NCBI GenBank assembly: GCA_046581755.1
Contig: JAYGFR010000323.1
Location: forward strand, 1 to 40,545
Reading direction: 5' to 3'
Source of the DNA: Nitrospinota bacterium
GTDB taxonomy: Bacteria > UBA8248
DNA length: 40,545 nt
Shown: positions 8,417 to 17,977 of the stretch, piece after piece
How positions within the stretch are numbered: position 1 is the stretch's first letter
How the letters are laid out: each line of letters begins with the position of its first letter
Translations under genes and position numbers: made by a program
The notes under the pieces: generated by a model
The model's database searches: none
What the model was told of the DNA's origin: nothing
What the model saw: the letters and a program-made list of their open reading frames with translations, nothing else

Positions 8417-9505
8417 CTAAAATCTGATCACCGACCTCAGGGTCTCCCCGCGCTCCATGGCCTCAAACGCCGCCTCGGTATCACCCAGCCCGATGGTGCG
8501 GGTGACCATCCGGTCGAGATCGAGATCGCCAGATTTGTACCAGTTGGCGAGGAGCGGAAAATCCCTGGACGGCAGGCAGTCGCCGTACCAGCTCACCCGG
8601 AGCGCCCCGCCGAGGCCGAAAAACCGCTGGATGGGAAGCTCCATCACCATCTGGGGATCGGGCACCCCGATCAGGACGGCGGTTCCGGCGAGATCGCGCG
8701 ACCACAGGGATTGGAGCAGGGTTTCGGGCGTGCCGACCGCCTCGAAGACGAAGTTTACTCCGTTGCTGCCGGTCATCTCTTTTATCTGCTCCACCGGGTC
8801 GCCCTTTTTGGCGTTGACGGTGTCAGTCGCGCCGAACTCGCGCGCCCACTCGAGCTTGTTCTCGGCGATATCGACGGCGATGATCCGCCCGGCGCGGGCA
8901 AGCCGTGCGCCCTGGATGACGCTGCAGCCCACGCCCCCGCAGCCGAAGACGGCGACCGAGCTTCCCGGGGTGACGCCGGCGGTGTAGAGCGCCGCACCGA
9001 CCCCGGTCATCACTCCGCAGCCGATGAGGCAGGCCTGCTCCGGCGGGCACTCGGGGGGGATGAGGATGGCCTGTTTGGCCGAGACAACGGTGTGGGTGCA
9101 GAAGGTGCCGATCCCGAGGGAGGGGCTGAGGACGAGGCCGTCCGCTTTCACGCGCATCCTCGGTTCGGCGTTCAGGCTCGCGGCGCACAGGTGGGGCCGG
9201 CCGGCAGCGCAGAAGCGGCAGCGCCCGCAGGGGGCGCGCCAGGCGAGGACGACGTAATCGCCCTCGCTCACGGCAGTGACGCCCTCTCCTGCCTGCAATA
9301 CGATCCCCGCGCCCTCGTGGCCGAGAAGATAGGGAAACTCGTCCCCAATCTTGCCGAGCTTGTAGTGCAGATCGGTGTGGCAAACCCCGCTCGCCTGAAT
9401 CCGCACGAGCACCTCGCCGGGCCCTGGCGGGTCGAGCAGGATATCCTCCACCCGGGCGGGCTCGCCCGCGCGCCTCGATACGACTCCCTGTCCCTCGAAC
9501 GCCAT
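8417..9505 (-). CDS. Zn-dependent MDR alcohol/formaldehyde dehydrogenase, S-(hydroxymethyl)mycothiol dehydrogenase-like
   Basis: CHTD, GHEG, CGRCRFC...C, GCGVMTG, GCGGVG and SWYGDCLPSRDFP motifs. Confidence 0.88.
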   Translation of the reverse strand: MAFEGQGVVSRRAGEPARVEDILLDPPGPGEVLVRIQASGVCHTDLHYKLGKIGDEFPYLLGHEGAGIVLQAGEGVTAVSEGDYVVLAWRAPCGRCRFCAAGRPHLCAASLNAEPRMRVKADGLVLSPSLGIGTFCTHTVVSAKQAILIPPECPPEQACLIGCGVMTGVGAALYTAGVTPGSSVAVFGCGGVGCSVIQGARLARAGRIIAVDIAENKLEWAREFGATDTVNAKKGDPVEQIKEMTGSNGVNFVFEAVGTPETLLQSLWSRDLAGTAVLIGVPDPQMVMELPIQRFFGLGGALRVSWYGDCLPSRDFPLLANWYKSGDLDLDRMVTRTIGLGDTEAAFEAMERGETLRSVIRF

Positions 9506-9760
9506 GGAAGGCCTCCGTATAATGGTATGCGGCAAAATGTTGTTTATGATTCTCTATCTTACTCCATCCCCGGCCCGGCGGTGAAGGGAGGGGGCCGAAG
9601 ATCCGATCGAATGGCCGCAATTTTCGGCCCGGAATTGTGCTAGCCTTATTTATCATCGAAATGACTATCTTGCCGGGGCCGCTTTCACGCAGGCGCCGCC
9701 CCGGATTTTCGGTATCCATCATCGCGCCCCCCGCCCGGGGCGCGGCAGCGGAGCCCGGCT

Positions 9761-10531
9761 ATGAATATTTCCATCATTTTCGCCTTGGCCTTCCTTCCCG
9801 GCGTATTCTGGCTTTGGTATTTTTACAAGAAGGACAAGTTCGAGCCCGAGCCCAAACGCCTGATCGTCAAGACATTCTTCTGGGGGATGGCGGGCATCAT
9901 ACCGGCCTTTATCTTCGAAATCCCATTCTCGGGCACGGGTATGGTGCTGACGGTCATCGCCGCGCCCATCATCGAGGAGGTGGTCAAATTCACCGCCGTC
10001 TACAAGACCATCTATTCGGACGCCGAATTCGACGAGCCCATGGACGGAATCGTGTATGCCGCCGCGGCCGCCCTGGGTTTCGCATCGATCGAGAACGTTC
10101 TTTACCTGCTTAGGGCCAGCCAATCGTCCGGGCTGATCATCGGCTCATCCCAGTCCACCTCCGCGGTCGGCGCCGTAATGAGCACGATCGCCATCCGCTC
10201 GATTCTGACCGTGCCCGGCCACGTGATGTTCGCGCTCTTTTGGGGCGAGGCCCTGGGCATCGCAAAATTCGCCGACCCCAAGCGAAGGAAGTCCCTCATC
10301 TTGAACGGCCTCATCCTGGGCATCGGGGCGCACGCGCTTTATAATTTCATGCTGAACTTCATCCCGATCTTTTCCATTGCCATGCTGATTATCGTGAGTG
10401 GGGCCTGGCAGATGACCCACCGCAAGATCGAGGCCGCCCTTCGGGCTTCTCCCTTCGGGCTGGGCGGGCCCGGAGGCGGACCCGGAGCCGGGCCACCGGC
10501 GGAGCGGGACCCGCCATCCGGCGAGGATTGA
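9761..10531 (+). CDS. prsW: PrsW family intramembrane glutamic-type protease
   Basis: DKFEPEP, APIIEEVVK, FDEPMDGIVY, GFASIEN, PGH and HALYN motifs; multiple TM helices. Confidence 0.9.
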   Translation: MNISIIFALAFLPGVFWLWYFYKKDKFEPEPKRLIVKTFFWGMAGIIPAFIFEIPFSGTGMVLTVIAAPIIEEVVKFTAVYKTIYSDAEFDEPMDGIVYAAAAALGFASIENVLYLLRASQSSGLIIGSSQSTSAVGAVMSTIAIRSILTVPGHVMFALFWGEALGIAKFADPKRRKSLILNGLILGIGAHALYNFMLNFIPIFSIAMLIIVSGAWQMTHRKIEAALRASPFGLGGPGGGPGAGPPAERDPPSGED

Positions 10532-10652
10532 CGGGTGTGCACCCTCGTTGCCCGCGCCAGTTGCGGAGGGCGGACCTCCCCTTTAAAACGAATTCCAGGT
10601 GGACCGTTCAAAACCAATACTGGCTGAATCGAAAATGGAGAGGACCCGAAAA

Positions 10653-11267
10653 ATGCCTGAGCCGAGCATTCGCACGAAAGAGGACCTGCGGGCGCACTAC
10701 GGCGAGCCCGTGCCCCGCACCGTACAGCGGCAACTCTCCCGCCTCGATGAGCACTGCCGCCATTTTATTTCGCTCTCGCCGTTTCTGGTGATGGCCTCCT
10801 GGGGCCCCGGCGGTGCGGACGCCTCGCCCAAGGGGGACCCGCCGGGATTCGTGAAGGTGGTGGACGATGCGACCCTGCTGCTCCCGGATCGCCGGGGAAA
10901 CCGGCGGGTGGATTCGATGCTCAACATCGTGGACAACCCGGACGTGGGCCTCATCTTTTTCGTTCCGGGCGTGGAGGCGACCCTCCGCGTCAACGGCGCG
11001 GCACGCATCACGACCGATCCGGCCCTCCTCAAACCCCTGGCCATGCACGGCAAGGCCCCGCCGTCGGGCCTGCTCATCACGGTGAAGGAAGCCTTTTTTC
11101 ACTGCGGAAAATCGATCATCCGCTCGAAGCTTTGGGACCCCGATACCCGGATCGACCGAGGAGAATTCCCTACCCTCGGCCAAATCGTCGCCGATCAGGT
11201 GCCGGGCCGGAATACCGGGGAGGAGGACCGGGTGACCGAGCGGGTTTACCGGGAGGAGCTTTACTAG
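10653..11267 (+). CDS. Pyridoxamine 5'-phosphate oxidase-like flavin-binding protein (MSMEG_1061 family)
   Basis: DASPKGDPPGFV, PDRRGNRR.DS..NI, TLRVNG and HCGKS..RS.LW motifs. Confidence 0.88.
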   Translation: MPEPSIRTKEDLRAHYGEPVPRTVQRQLSRLDEHCRHFISLSPFLVMASWGPGGADASPKGDPPGFVKVVDDATLLLPDRRGNRRVDSMLNIVDNPDVGLIFFVPGVEATLRVNGAARITTDPALLKPLAMHGKAPPSGLLITVKEAFFHCGKSIIRSKLWDPDTRIDRGEFPTLGQIVADQVPGRNTGEEDRVTERVYREELY

Positions 11268-11485
11268 GCGCCGAACACTGGGAGGCACGCAAGACCGGGC
11301 GCGCGAACGGCGCCGCGATTTCTCCCGTTCGGGACTCCGCCCGCCCGCCGGACCTGATATGGCTCCGGGCGCCGCTCCGGTTTACACTCCGGATGGTGAG
11401 CCGCCATTTTATTTCCCATATGATTTCATCTGGATCGAAAATTCATAGGGCTCTTGCCGCCATACCCGGGAGGATTCAAATCGTT

Positions 11486-11962
11486 ATGGACCGTTTTTTG
11501 AGTTGGATGGCCTTACCTGCTGCGGCCCTGGCCGCCACCATCTTCGGAGGCGGCCTCACCGCCGCCCCGGGCGTCAACGCCGCCGAAAGCCCAGTGGTCG
11601 CCGCCCGGGTCCAACTGATGAGAAAAGGTGTCAACGCCGGAATGAAGCAAATCGTTGTGGGATTGAGAACCGGAAAACCCCAGCTGATGCTCATGGGCGC
11701 GGGTCTCCTCGCCAATTCCGCCGATAGGATTCCGGCCGCATTCGAGAAAAAAGACCTCTCCGGAAAAACGAGGTCGAAGGCGGCAATCTGGGACAACAAA
11801 ACCGAATTCGACGGGTACGCCAAATCCCTCGTCTCGGCGGTCCGGGCCTTCGAGCGAATCGCCCGGGGCGGAGACATGAACGAGACGATAACGGCCATCA
11901 AGGCGATAGGGGCCAATTGCGGAAGCTGCCACAAGCTGTTCCGAAAGAAGAAAAAGCCCTAA
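11486..11962 (+). CDS. Class II cytochrome c (c'/c556 type)
   Basis: RBS GGGAGG, signal peptide, AR..LM, AIW....F and a C-terminal CGSCH. Confidence 0.88.
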   Translation: MDRFLSWMALPAAALAATIFGGGLTAAPGVNAAESPVVAARVQLMRKGVNAGMKQIVVGLRTGKPQLMLMGAGLLANSADRIPAAFEKKDLSGKTRSKAAIWDNKTEFDGYAKSLVSAVRAFERIARGGDMNETITAIKAIGANCGSCHKLFRKKKKP

Positions 11963-12067
11963 TACCCCTCTTTTTCGCTGGAATTCCGGGCGCGCCGCCC
12001 GCCCGCCGAACCCGATAGGTCTTTTGAGTCGATCCGTCCGCAGCCGATGCCGGCGGATCGCCGTGGC

Positions 12068-12895
12068 TCAGAACTTCTCGCCCTTGGGCGTGATGGCGCG
12101 GGAGAGTTCCCGCATTTTTGTCACCGGAGCGTTGCCCACGACGGCGTAGATGAAATCCCCTCGCCGCCAGATGCTGGCCGTTGGTCCATCGCCGGTCAGC
12201 GCGACCCATTTTTTGCGCGGAAGCCTGGACCACGCCGGATTCTTCTTGGCGGGGAGGACGATGAGAACCAGCCGCCGCCCCTTCCAGCGGTAGAGAAAGC
12301 CCGCCACCTTGGTTCCCGAAACGAATCCCACCCGGCCCCCGTCCAGGACGGTGCCGGCCCCTCCCCCAAAGTAGACGCGCGGGCGGAAATCCACCCGTGG
12401 CTCGAACCAGCCCAGTATTTTTTTCAAAACGGTGCTCCCGGTTTGCACGGGCCGGGGGTCGAGGATGGCGCGGCGGTACTCGGCGCGTACCTGAGCGGCC
12501 ACGATGGCGAACAACTCCTTTTCGGGTACCTCGGGTTTTCGGAGAAGCAAGAAGCCGATAGCAATCGCCAGCGAAGCCGCCAGGGCTCCCGCGGCGGCCC
12601 ATCCGAAATGGCTTCGCCTCAAAGCGGCGGGGGTGGATGCCTCCGGGGCCCGCCCGCGAAGCCGGGCATGCAGGCCCGAGGGCGCCATATGGCGGCTGGC
12701 ATGGCCTCGAACTGCAGCGTAGGCCTCCGCCTGGGCCTCGAACTCCACCCACCTGCCCGAGTCTTCGATTTCGCGCTCGATGGCCGAGGCCTCCTCGGGC
12801 GAAGCCCTCCCGTGGAGCACCTCCTCCCAGCGTGCCTCCAAATCGCCGGGCATGGCGTCCGGCCGCTCTTCCCGCGGTCCGTTTGGCGTCGTCAT
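12068..12895 (-). CDS. Transmembrane anti-sigma factor
   Basis: ATGA overlap with the ECF sigma stop, one TM helix (WAAAGALAASLAIAIGFLLL), and a periplasmic domain with WF...DF.P.V and L.GGRV. Confidence 0.82.
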   Translation of the reverse strand: MTTPNGPREERPDAMPGDLEARWEEVLHGRASPEEASAIEREIEDSGRWVEFEAQAEAYAAVRGHASRHMAPSGLHARLRGRAPEASTPAALRRSHFGWAAAGALAASLAIAIGFLLLRKPEVPEKELFAIVAAQVRAEYRRAILDPRPVQTGSTVLKKILGWFEPRVDFRPRVYFGGGAGTVLDGGRVGFVSGTKVAGFLYRWKGRRLVLIVLPAKKNPAWSRLPRKKWVALTGDGPTASIWRRGDFIYAVVGNAPVTKMRELSRAITPKGEKF

Positions 12896-13434
12896 TCCGG
12901 ATTTCCTCCATATTCCATGAGCTTTTTGCGCAATTCGATCCGCGCCCGCCACAGCCGGCTCTTCACGGTTCCGATCGGGATATCCTCGATCTCGGCAATC
13001 TCCCGGCGGGTCAGCTCCTCCACGTCTGCCAGGAGGACCATCGAGCGGTGTTCCGCGGACAGGGCCGACATGGCGGCGTCGATATCCCGCCGCACGAGCC
13101 GGGCGGGCAGGCGGCCGGGGGCTCCCTCTCCCGGCCCGGGGGGAAGAAGATCGTCGCTTTCGGGATAATTGGCCGAGGTGACTTCGATCTTCGAGCGCCG
13201 AATTCGGTTGAGGTGCGTCCTCCTCAGTATCGTAAACAACCAGGCCTTCATGGAGGTTCCCGGAGCGAACTGGCTCCAGTGGCCAATGGCCCGCTCCACC
13301 GCGTCGTGAACGAAGTCCTCGGCCTCCTCGCCGCCCCCGGTTATCCACCTGGAATAGGAGTAGAGCGCGTCGAAATGGCGCTGCAATTCCGCAATAAATT
13401 CTTCCCGACCAGGTGGGGACATATCGAGGCGCAT
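12892..13434 (-). CDS. ECF RNA polymerase sigma-70 factor (start uncertain, 13422-13488)
   Basis: AEDFVHD, KAWLFTI and EIAE...IPIGTVKSRLWRAR motifs. Confidence 0.93.
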   Translation of the reverse strand: MRLDMSPPGREEFIAELQRHFDALYSYSRWITGGGEEAEDFVHDAVERAIGHWSQFAPGTSMKAWLFTILRRTHLNRIRRSKIEVTSANYPESDDLLPPGPGEGAPGRLPARLVRRDIDAAMSALSAEHRSMVLLADVEELTRREIAEIEDIPIGTVKSRLWRARIELRKKLMEYGGNPE

Positions 13435-13554
13435 CCTCTCGTCGAAATTGATCCGGCAACCAAGGCCCGGACCATACATACGAATCACTCCCCCGCCATT
13501 TACTCTACATGATTATTCATGAGCGCCCGAATCGATAAATATTCTTCTCTTTCC

Positions 13555-13580
13555 GGAACCTTTCCCTGGCTCGGGTGTTC
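13555..13580 (+). promoter_or_regulatory. Candidate ECF-sigma promoter GGAAC-N17-GTT
   Basis: GGAACC at 13555-13560 and GTT at 13577-13579, divergent from the sigma gene and facing the small exported protein. Confidence 0.4.
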
Positions 13581-13720
13581 AGGGGAGTAATTACCACGGG
13601 CCACGATGCCGAACGGCCCAACCTGTTCATGGGCAGAGCGCGGCCGGGCGGTGAGCCGCCGGACGGAGGGCGGTTTGCGCCCGGGCGCCGCGAGGGCCCA
13701 TTCACGAAGGAGGAAAGACA

Positions 13721-13969
13721 GTGGCAAAGAGAATGGCGATCATGGCGGTGGCGGGAATTCTGGCGGTGGGTTTATCCGCGACGGGCGCCCTGGCGTTTCA
13801 TTGCCCCAAGCTCATCGGTGCGGGAACCCGCCTCTTGGCCAAGGCGATGGGACCCGAAAAAGGTAAGGCGGCCGCCCTTTTGGAGGAGGCGATGGCCCTC
13901 CACAAGTCCGGAGACCACAAAAAATCCATGCAAAAGGGGACCCAGGCCGTCGATATCCTTACAAAATAA
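13721..13969 (+). CDS. Small exported helical protein (HCP...HxxGxH)
   Basis: RBS AGGAGG, GTG start, signal peptide ending ALA, mature N-terminus FHCP, C-terminal LHKSGDH; followed by a terminator. Confidence 0.8.
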   Translation: MAKRMAIMAVAGILAVGLSATGALAFHCPKLIGAGTRLLAKAMGPEKGKAAALLEEAMALHKSGDHKKSMQKGTQAVDILTK

Positions 13970-13973
13970 GCCT

Positions 13974-14010
13974 AAAACTCCCCTCTGCGGATTTCGCGGA
14001 GGGGAGTTTT
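13974..14010 (+). terminator. Intrinsic (bidirectional-type) terminator
   Basis: AAAACTCCCCTCTGCG-GATTT-CGCGGAGGGGAGTTTT directly after the stop at 13969. Confidence 0.8.
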
Positions 14011-14084
14011 GTCCCTCTGGCGAAAAACTATTATAATATTTCTATATTCTTCAAATTTATCCGGCGGTCAGAAATTATATATAT

Positions 14085-14234
14085 GAGGCTGCTGAAAAAG
14101 TCCCCGGATGAGCTTCACTGGACCTAAAACTTATTTGATAGTAGTAAATGATATCCATTTTCTTCTATTATGATATAAATTTTCAGGGAATACCACTCGT
14201 CGAAGACCTCTGAAAATAGGTTTTCAGCAGCCTC
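14085..14234. mobile_element. 150-bp MITE-like element, copy A
   Basis: Perfect 14-bp terminal inverted repeat GAGGCTGCTGAAAA...TTTTCAGCAGCCTC around an AT-rich non-coding core; homologous to 38466-38615. Confidence 0.75.
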
Positions 14235-14261
14235 TTTAACTACGAAAGGAGCAATTCGAAT

Positions 14262-14729
14262 ATGTTGAAATCACGAATCTGGAAGGGTGGCGCTCTGATG
14301 ATCCTGGCCGGGGTGTTTGCCGCCGGTTGCGCCGATGGCGGCATGATGGGCGGCGGAGGCTTATCGGCCCAAAGAAAGCTCATGCGGGCCCAGAACAAGA
14401 CCTGGAAAGCGATCAAAAAGGCCGTGAAGGCCGGCGACCACAAGGCGGCCGGAAAAGCGGCCAAAGAGCTCTACAATCTGGCCGGTAAAATCGCCAAGAC
14501 GTTCAAGAAAAAAGACACGAGCGAAAGGGCCAAGGCGGCCATCTGGAAGAACATGAAAGGGTTCGATGCCAAGGCCAAAGCCTTTGCCATCAGCGTCGCT
14601 GTCTTCTCCATGAACAGTTCCAAGAGTAAAGCCGTGGTCGCCAAATCCATGAAAAACATCGGCAAAAACTGCGGTGGGTGCCACAAAGCTTTCCGCGGCC
14701 CAAAGAAAAAGAAGAAGATGAAATCTTAA
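14262..14729 (+). CDS. Lys-rich class II cytochrome c (c'-type), predicted lipoprotein
   Basis: RBS AAGGAG, lipobox-like FAAGC, R.LMR, AIW...F and a C-terminal CGGCH. Confidence 0.88.
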   Translation: MLKSRIWKGGALMILAGVFAAGCADGGMMGGGGLSAQRKLMRAQNKTWKAIKKAVKAGDHKAAGKAAKELYNLAGKIAKTFKKKDTSERAKAAIWKNMKGFDAKAKAFAISVAVFSMNSSKSKAVVAKSMKNIGKNCGGCHKAFRGPKKKKKMKS

Positions 14730-14752
14730 ACTTTCTTCATCAGCCTGCACCG

Positions 14753-14793
14753 AACAAAAACCCCCCAGCCACGATGGCCAAGGGGTTTTTGTT
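14753..14793. terminator. Bidirectional intrinsic terminator between convergent genes
   Basis: Hairpin AACAAAAACCCC...GGGGTTTTTGTT. Confidence 0.75.
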
Positions 14794-14868
14794 GGAGGAG
14801 AACCGTTTTCTTCAAATAAGAAATAAATAAGAAAATCTTGGGCAGCCGCCGAGGATGACAGCCCGGGA

Positions 14869-16074
14869 TCAAATGGCGGCGCCCGATTCGCGGAGCCGCC
14901 GAATCTCCTCATCGCTCTTGTCCAGCTCGCGAAGAATTTCATCCGTATGCTGACCGAGGAGGGGGGCCGGCGAGCGGACGGCGACGGGGGTTCCGGACAT
15001 CTTCGGCGGCAACCCCAGCACCTTCATCCGCCCGGCCTTGGGATGATCGATCTCGACGGCCATCCCGCGCGCCTGAATCTGGGGATGATTGAAGGTCTCG
15101 GTCATATTATGGATGGGGCCGCAGGGCACGTTGACCGCATTCAGGCGCTCGAGCCACTCATCGCGCGGGGCCTTCATCAAGGCCTCCTCGATTTCGCGGG
15201 CCAACTCTATCTCGTTTATTCCCCGAAGCTCGGGGTTGGCGTACTCCTCGCGCTCCAGGAGATCCTCGCGTCCGATCTCCTTGCACATCCGCGTCCAGTT
15301 AAGCGGGCTCGACGCCCCGAAGATGATGTAGCCGTCCGCGCACCGGAAGGCCTGATACGGGGCCGATATTTCATGGGCCGTTCCCTTCGCGACGGGCGGC
15401 TTGCCCGAGGGGAAAAACTGGGACGCCTGCCAGATAGTGTAGCCCAGGCCCGCGTCCGTGAGCGAGGTGTCGATCGACTGCCCTTTTCCGGCGCGCTGGC
15501 GGTGGAACATCGCCGAGAGGATGGCCAGGGCCGAGTACATCCCGGCGTTCAGGTCGCAGAGGGGAACCGGAATTTTCACCGGGTCCCGGCCCGGCTCTCC
15601 GGTAAAACTCATCAGGCTGGAGAAGCCCTGGGAGATCAGATCGTACCCGCCCCGATCAGCATATGGTCCCGTTCGGCCGAAGCCCGATATCGTAGCGTAG
15701 ATGAGATCGGGTTTCACCTTCTTGAGGTCTTTGTAGCCGAGCCCCATCCGCTCCATGGCCCCGGGCCGGACGTTTTCGACCAGCGCGTCCGCCCCCGCCG
15801 CCAGCTCCTTGAGAATGCCCTTGCCCGCCTCGCTCTTGAGGTCGAGGACGATGCTCCGCTTGTTGCGGTTGAGGGTCATGAACGCGTAGCTCTCGCCCCC
15901 GGCGAAGTGGCGGCCGATGGACCGGGAGTGGTCGCCGCCGGGCGGCTCCACCTTGATGACGTCCGCGCCCATGTCGGCCAGCGCCGTGCAGCAGTAGGGG
16001 CCCGCCAAATTCTGGCAGACCTCGATGACCCGCATTCCGGCGAGAGCGCCCTCGTTCGTTTGCCCCGTGTTCAT
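14869..16074 (-). CDS. CaiB/BaiF family III CoA-transferase
   Basis: LAGPYC..LADMGADVIKVE, NRNKRS, ENVRPG, GYDL, catalytic D in PLCD, and APLLGQHT. Confidence 0.93.
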   Translation of the reverse strand: MNTGQTNEGALAGMRVIEVCQNLAGPYCCTALADMGADVIKVEPPGGDHSRSIGRHFAGGESYAFMTLNRNKRSIVLDLKSEAGKGILKELAAGADALVENVRPGAMERMGLGYKDLKKVKPDLIYATISGFGRTGPYADRGGYDLISQGFSSLMSFTGEPGRDPVKIPVPLCDLNAGMYSALAILSAMFHRQRAGKGQSIDTSLTDAGLGYTIWQASQFFPSGKPPVAKGTAHEISAPYQAFRCADGYIIFGASSPLNWTRMCKEIGREDLLEREEYANPELRGINEIELAREIEEALMKAPRDEWLERLNAVNVPCGPIHNMTETFNHPQIQARGMAVEIDHPKAGRMKVLGLPPKMSGTPVAVRSPAPLLGQHTDEILRELDKSDEEIRRLRESGAAI

Positions 16075-16106
16075 AATTCGGTTTCCGCCCTCTGAGATAA
16101 AATCGG

Positions 16107-16946
16107 TTAATCGAACCCGCGAACGATCTTCGCCAGGCTGTCGAGCCGGGGAAGGAGTTCATCGGCCCCGATGGCCGGGAGATAGAAAATAAACCGGTGA
16201 AAACCCTCGGCGCTGTATTTATTGAGGGCCGCCGGATCGGCGGGCGCGAAAAACAGGGTAGCCGGAATCGGATCGCGCCCAGCCTCGGCGGCAAGCCCGT
16301 TTAACCTTTGAATGTCATCCGCATAGGAAGAATCCCCCCGGCATATCGGCATCCATTCGTCCCCGTAGCGCACAACCCGCTGGAGGGTGCGGGGGCCATG
16401 GCCCCCGACCAGAATCGGCGGGTGGGGCCGCTTCACCGGCTTGGGCCAGGCCCAGATGGCGTCGAAATTCACATGCTCGCCATGGTAGGTGGCCTCATCC
16501 TTCGTCCAGATTTCCTTCATCGCCTCGATTCGCTCGCGCAGCACCTTCCAGCGGCTCTTGAATTCGGTGCCGTGATTCGCCATCTCCTCGGCGTTCCATC
16601 CCCCGCCGATCCCGAACAGGACGCGCCCGCCCGAGATATAGTCTACGCTCGCCACCTCCTTGGCCAGAACGATGGGATCGCGCTGGATGACGAGGCAGAT
16701 GCCGGTTCCGACCATGAGGGTTTCCGTCGCCGTGGCCGCCGCGGCCATGGCCACGAAGGGGTCCAGGTTACGCGGGTACTCGCGGGGCAGGTCGGCCCCG
16801 CCGGGCCAGGGAGTCGTCCTCGCGGAGGGAATATGGGTGTGCTCGGGAAACAGAATCGACTCGAAGCCGCGCTCCTCGACCGCCCGGCCAAGTTCGGCGG
16901 GAGACATCGTGTCCTCGGTGGGAAAAATGGCCAAACCGAATTTCAT
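16107..16946 (-). CDS. LLM-class, probably F420-dependent oxidoreductase (Rv2161c-like)
   Basis: FPEHTHIP, DPFV, LAKEVAS.D.ISGGR, GIGGGWN.EEM.NHG and PKP...HPPILVGG motifs. Confidence 0.9.
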   Translation of the reverse strand: MKFGLAIFPTEDTMSPAELGRAVEERGFESILFPEHTHIPSARTTPWPGGADLPREYPRNLDPFVAMAAAATATETLMVGTGICLVIQRDPIVLAKEVASVDYISGGRVLFGIGGGWNAEEMANHGTEFKSRWKVLRERIEAMKEIWTKDEATYHGEHVNFDAIWAWPKPVKRPHPPILVGGHGPRTLQRVVRYGDEWMPICRGDSSYADDIQRLNGLAAEAGRDPIPATLFFAPADPAALNKYSAEGFHRFIFYLPAIGADELLPRLDSLAKIVRGFD

Positions 16947-16975
16947 GTGGGGTCTCCTCGAAAAATCCGAAAAAT

Positions 16976-17977
16976 TTATCCGCCCGGCGCCAAGCCCTTC
17001 AGCGTCCGCCGCATCGCGGCGGGATAATCCTCGCCGGGCTCGGCCGGGTCGATCATCAGGATCGGGACCTCCGCCCCCGCCTCCCGGAAGGCATCCAGCC
17101 GCTCGCGGCACCGCTCGGGCGGGCCGACCAGGCAGAACTCATCGATAATCGCGTCCGTAATCCCGGCGCGAAGGGCTTTTTGGTCTCCCCGCGCGAAGGC
17201 ATCGCGCAACGCGTCCGCCTCTTCCTCGTATCCGCTCTCGCGAATCGAGGCGTTGTAGGCCGGAAGCGCCAGCCAATAGGTCAGCGTCGCGCGGGCCTTC
17301 TCGCGCGCGCCCTCGAGGTCACTCGAGAGAAAAGTGTGAATCCCCAGGTTGACCTCCACCTCGGCCGGGCTCCTGCCGGCCTTTTCGGCTCCCCGGCCGC
17401 GCGCCTCCATGATCAGGCCCATGCGCGAGAGGGGAAGCATGTAGAGCATCAGACCGTCCGAAAGCTCGCCGCCCAGTTCGGTCATCTTCTCCCCAACCGC
17501 TGCCGAGCACACCGGCACGCGGTGGGCGGAAACCCGGAATCGGAGCTCCTCGCCCTGGTAGGTCTGAACGGGCATGTCGTAGACTTTCCTGCCTTCGAGG
17601 AGGCCGCGCACCTCGGTCAGATACTTTCGCATGTCCTCGCGGGGCTTTCCCATCTTCATCCCCATCCCCTTGACGCGGGGGGGATGGCCCAGGCCCAAGC
17701 CCAGAATGTAGCGCCCGCCCGATATCTCGCTGATGGCGACAGCGGCCTGGACGGCGATATGGGGATGGCGATGGTAGATGATGGCGATAAAACTGCCCAC
17801 TACGATCCGGGTGGTCTTCATGGCCATCACCATGTGGATGGCGAACGAGTCCGTGAGCGATTCGGTCGTGTAGGCGCGATCATATCCCAGATCCTCGGCC
17901 TCGTGCGCCACCTCTCCCATCTCGGAAATGGGCATATCGACAAAAGAGAGCAGGCAATATCCCAGTTTTTTCGTCAT
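16976..17977 (-). CDS. LLM-class flavin/F420-dependent oxidoreductase
   Basis: AEDLGY, SGGRYILGLGLG, AAVGEKM.ELGGELSDG and GPPERC.ERL motifs. Confidence 0.88.
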   Translation of the reverse strand: MTKKLGYCLLSFVDMPISEMGEVAHEAEDLGYDRAYTTESLTDSFAIHMVMAMKTTRIVVGSFIAIIYHRHPHIAVQAAVAISEISGGRYILGLGLGHPPRVKGMGMKMGKPREDMRKYLTEVRGLLEGRKVYDMPVQTYQGEELRFRVSAHRVPVCSAAVGEKMTELGGELSDGLMLYMLPLSRMGLIMEARGRGAEKAGRSPAEVEVNLGIHTFLSSDLEGAREKARATLTYWLALPAYNASIRESGYEEEADALRDAFARGDQKALRAGITDAIIDEFCLVGPPERCRERLDAFREAGAEVPILMIDPAEPGEDYPAAMRRTLKGLAPGG

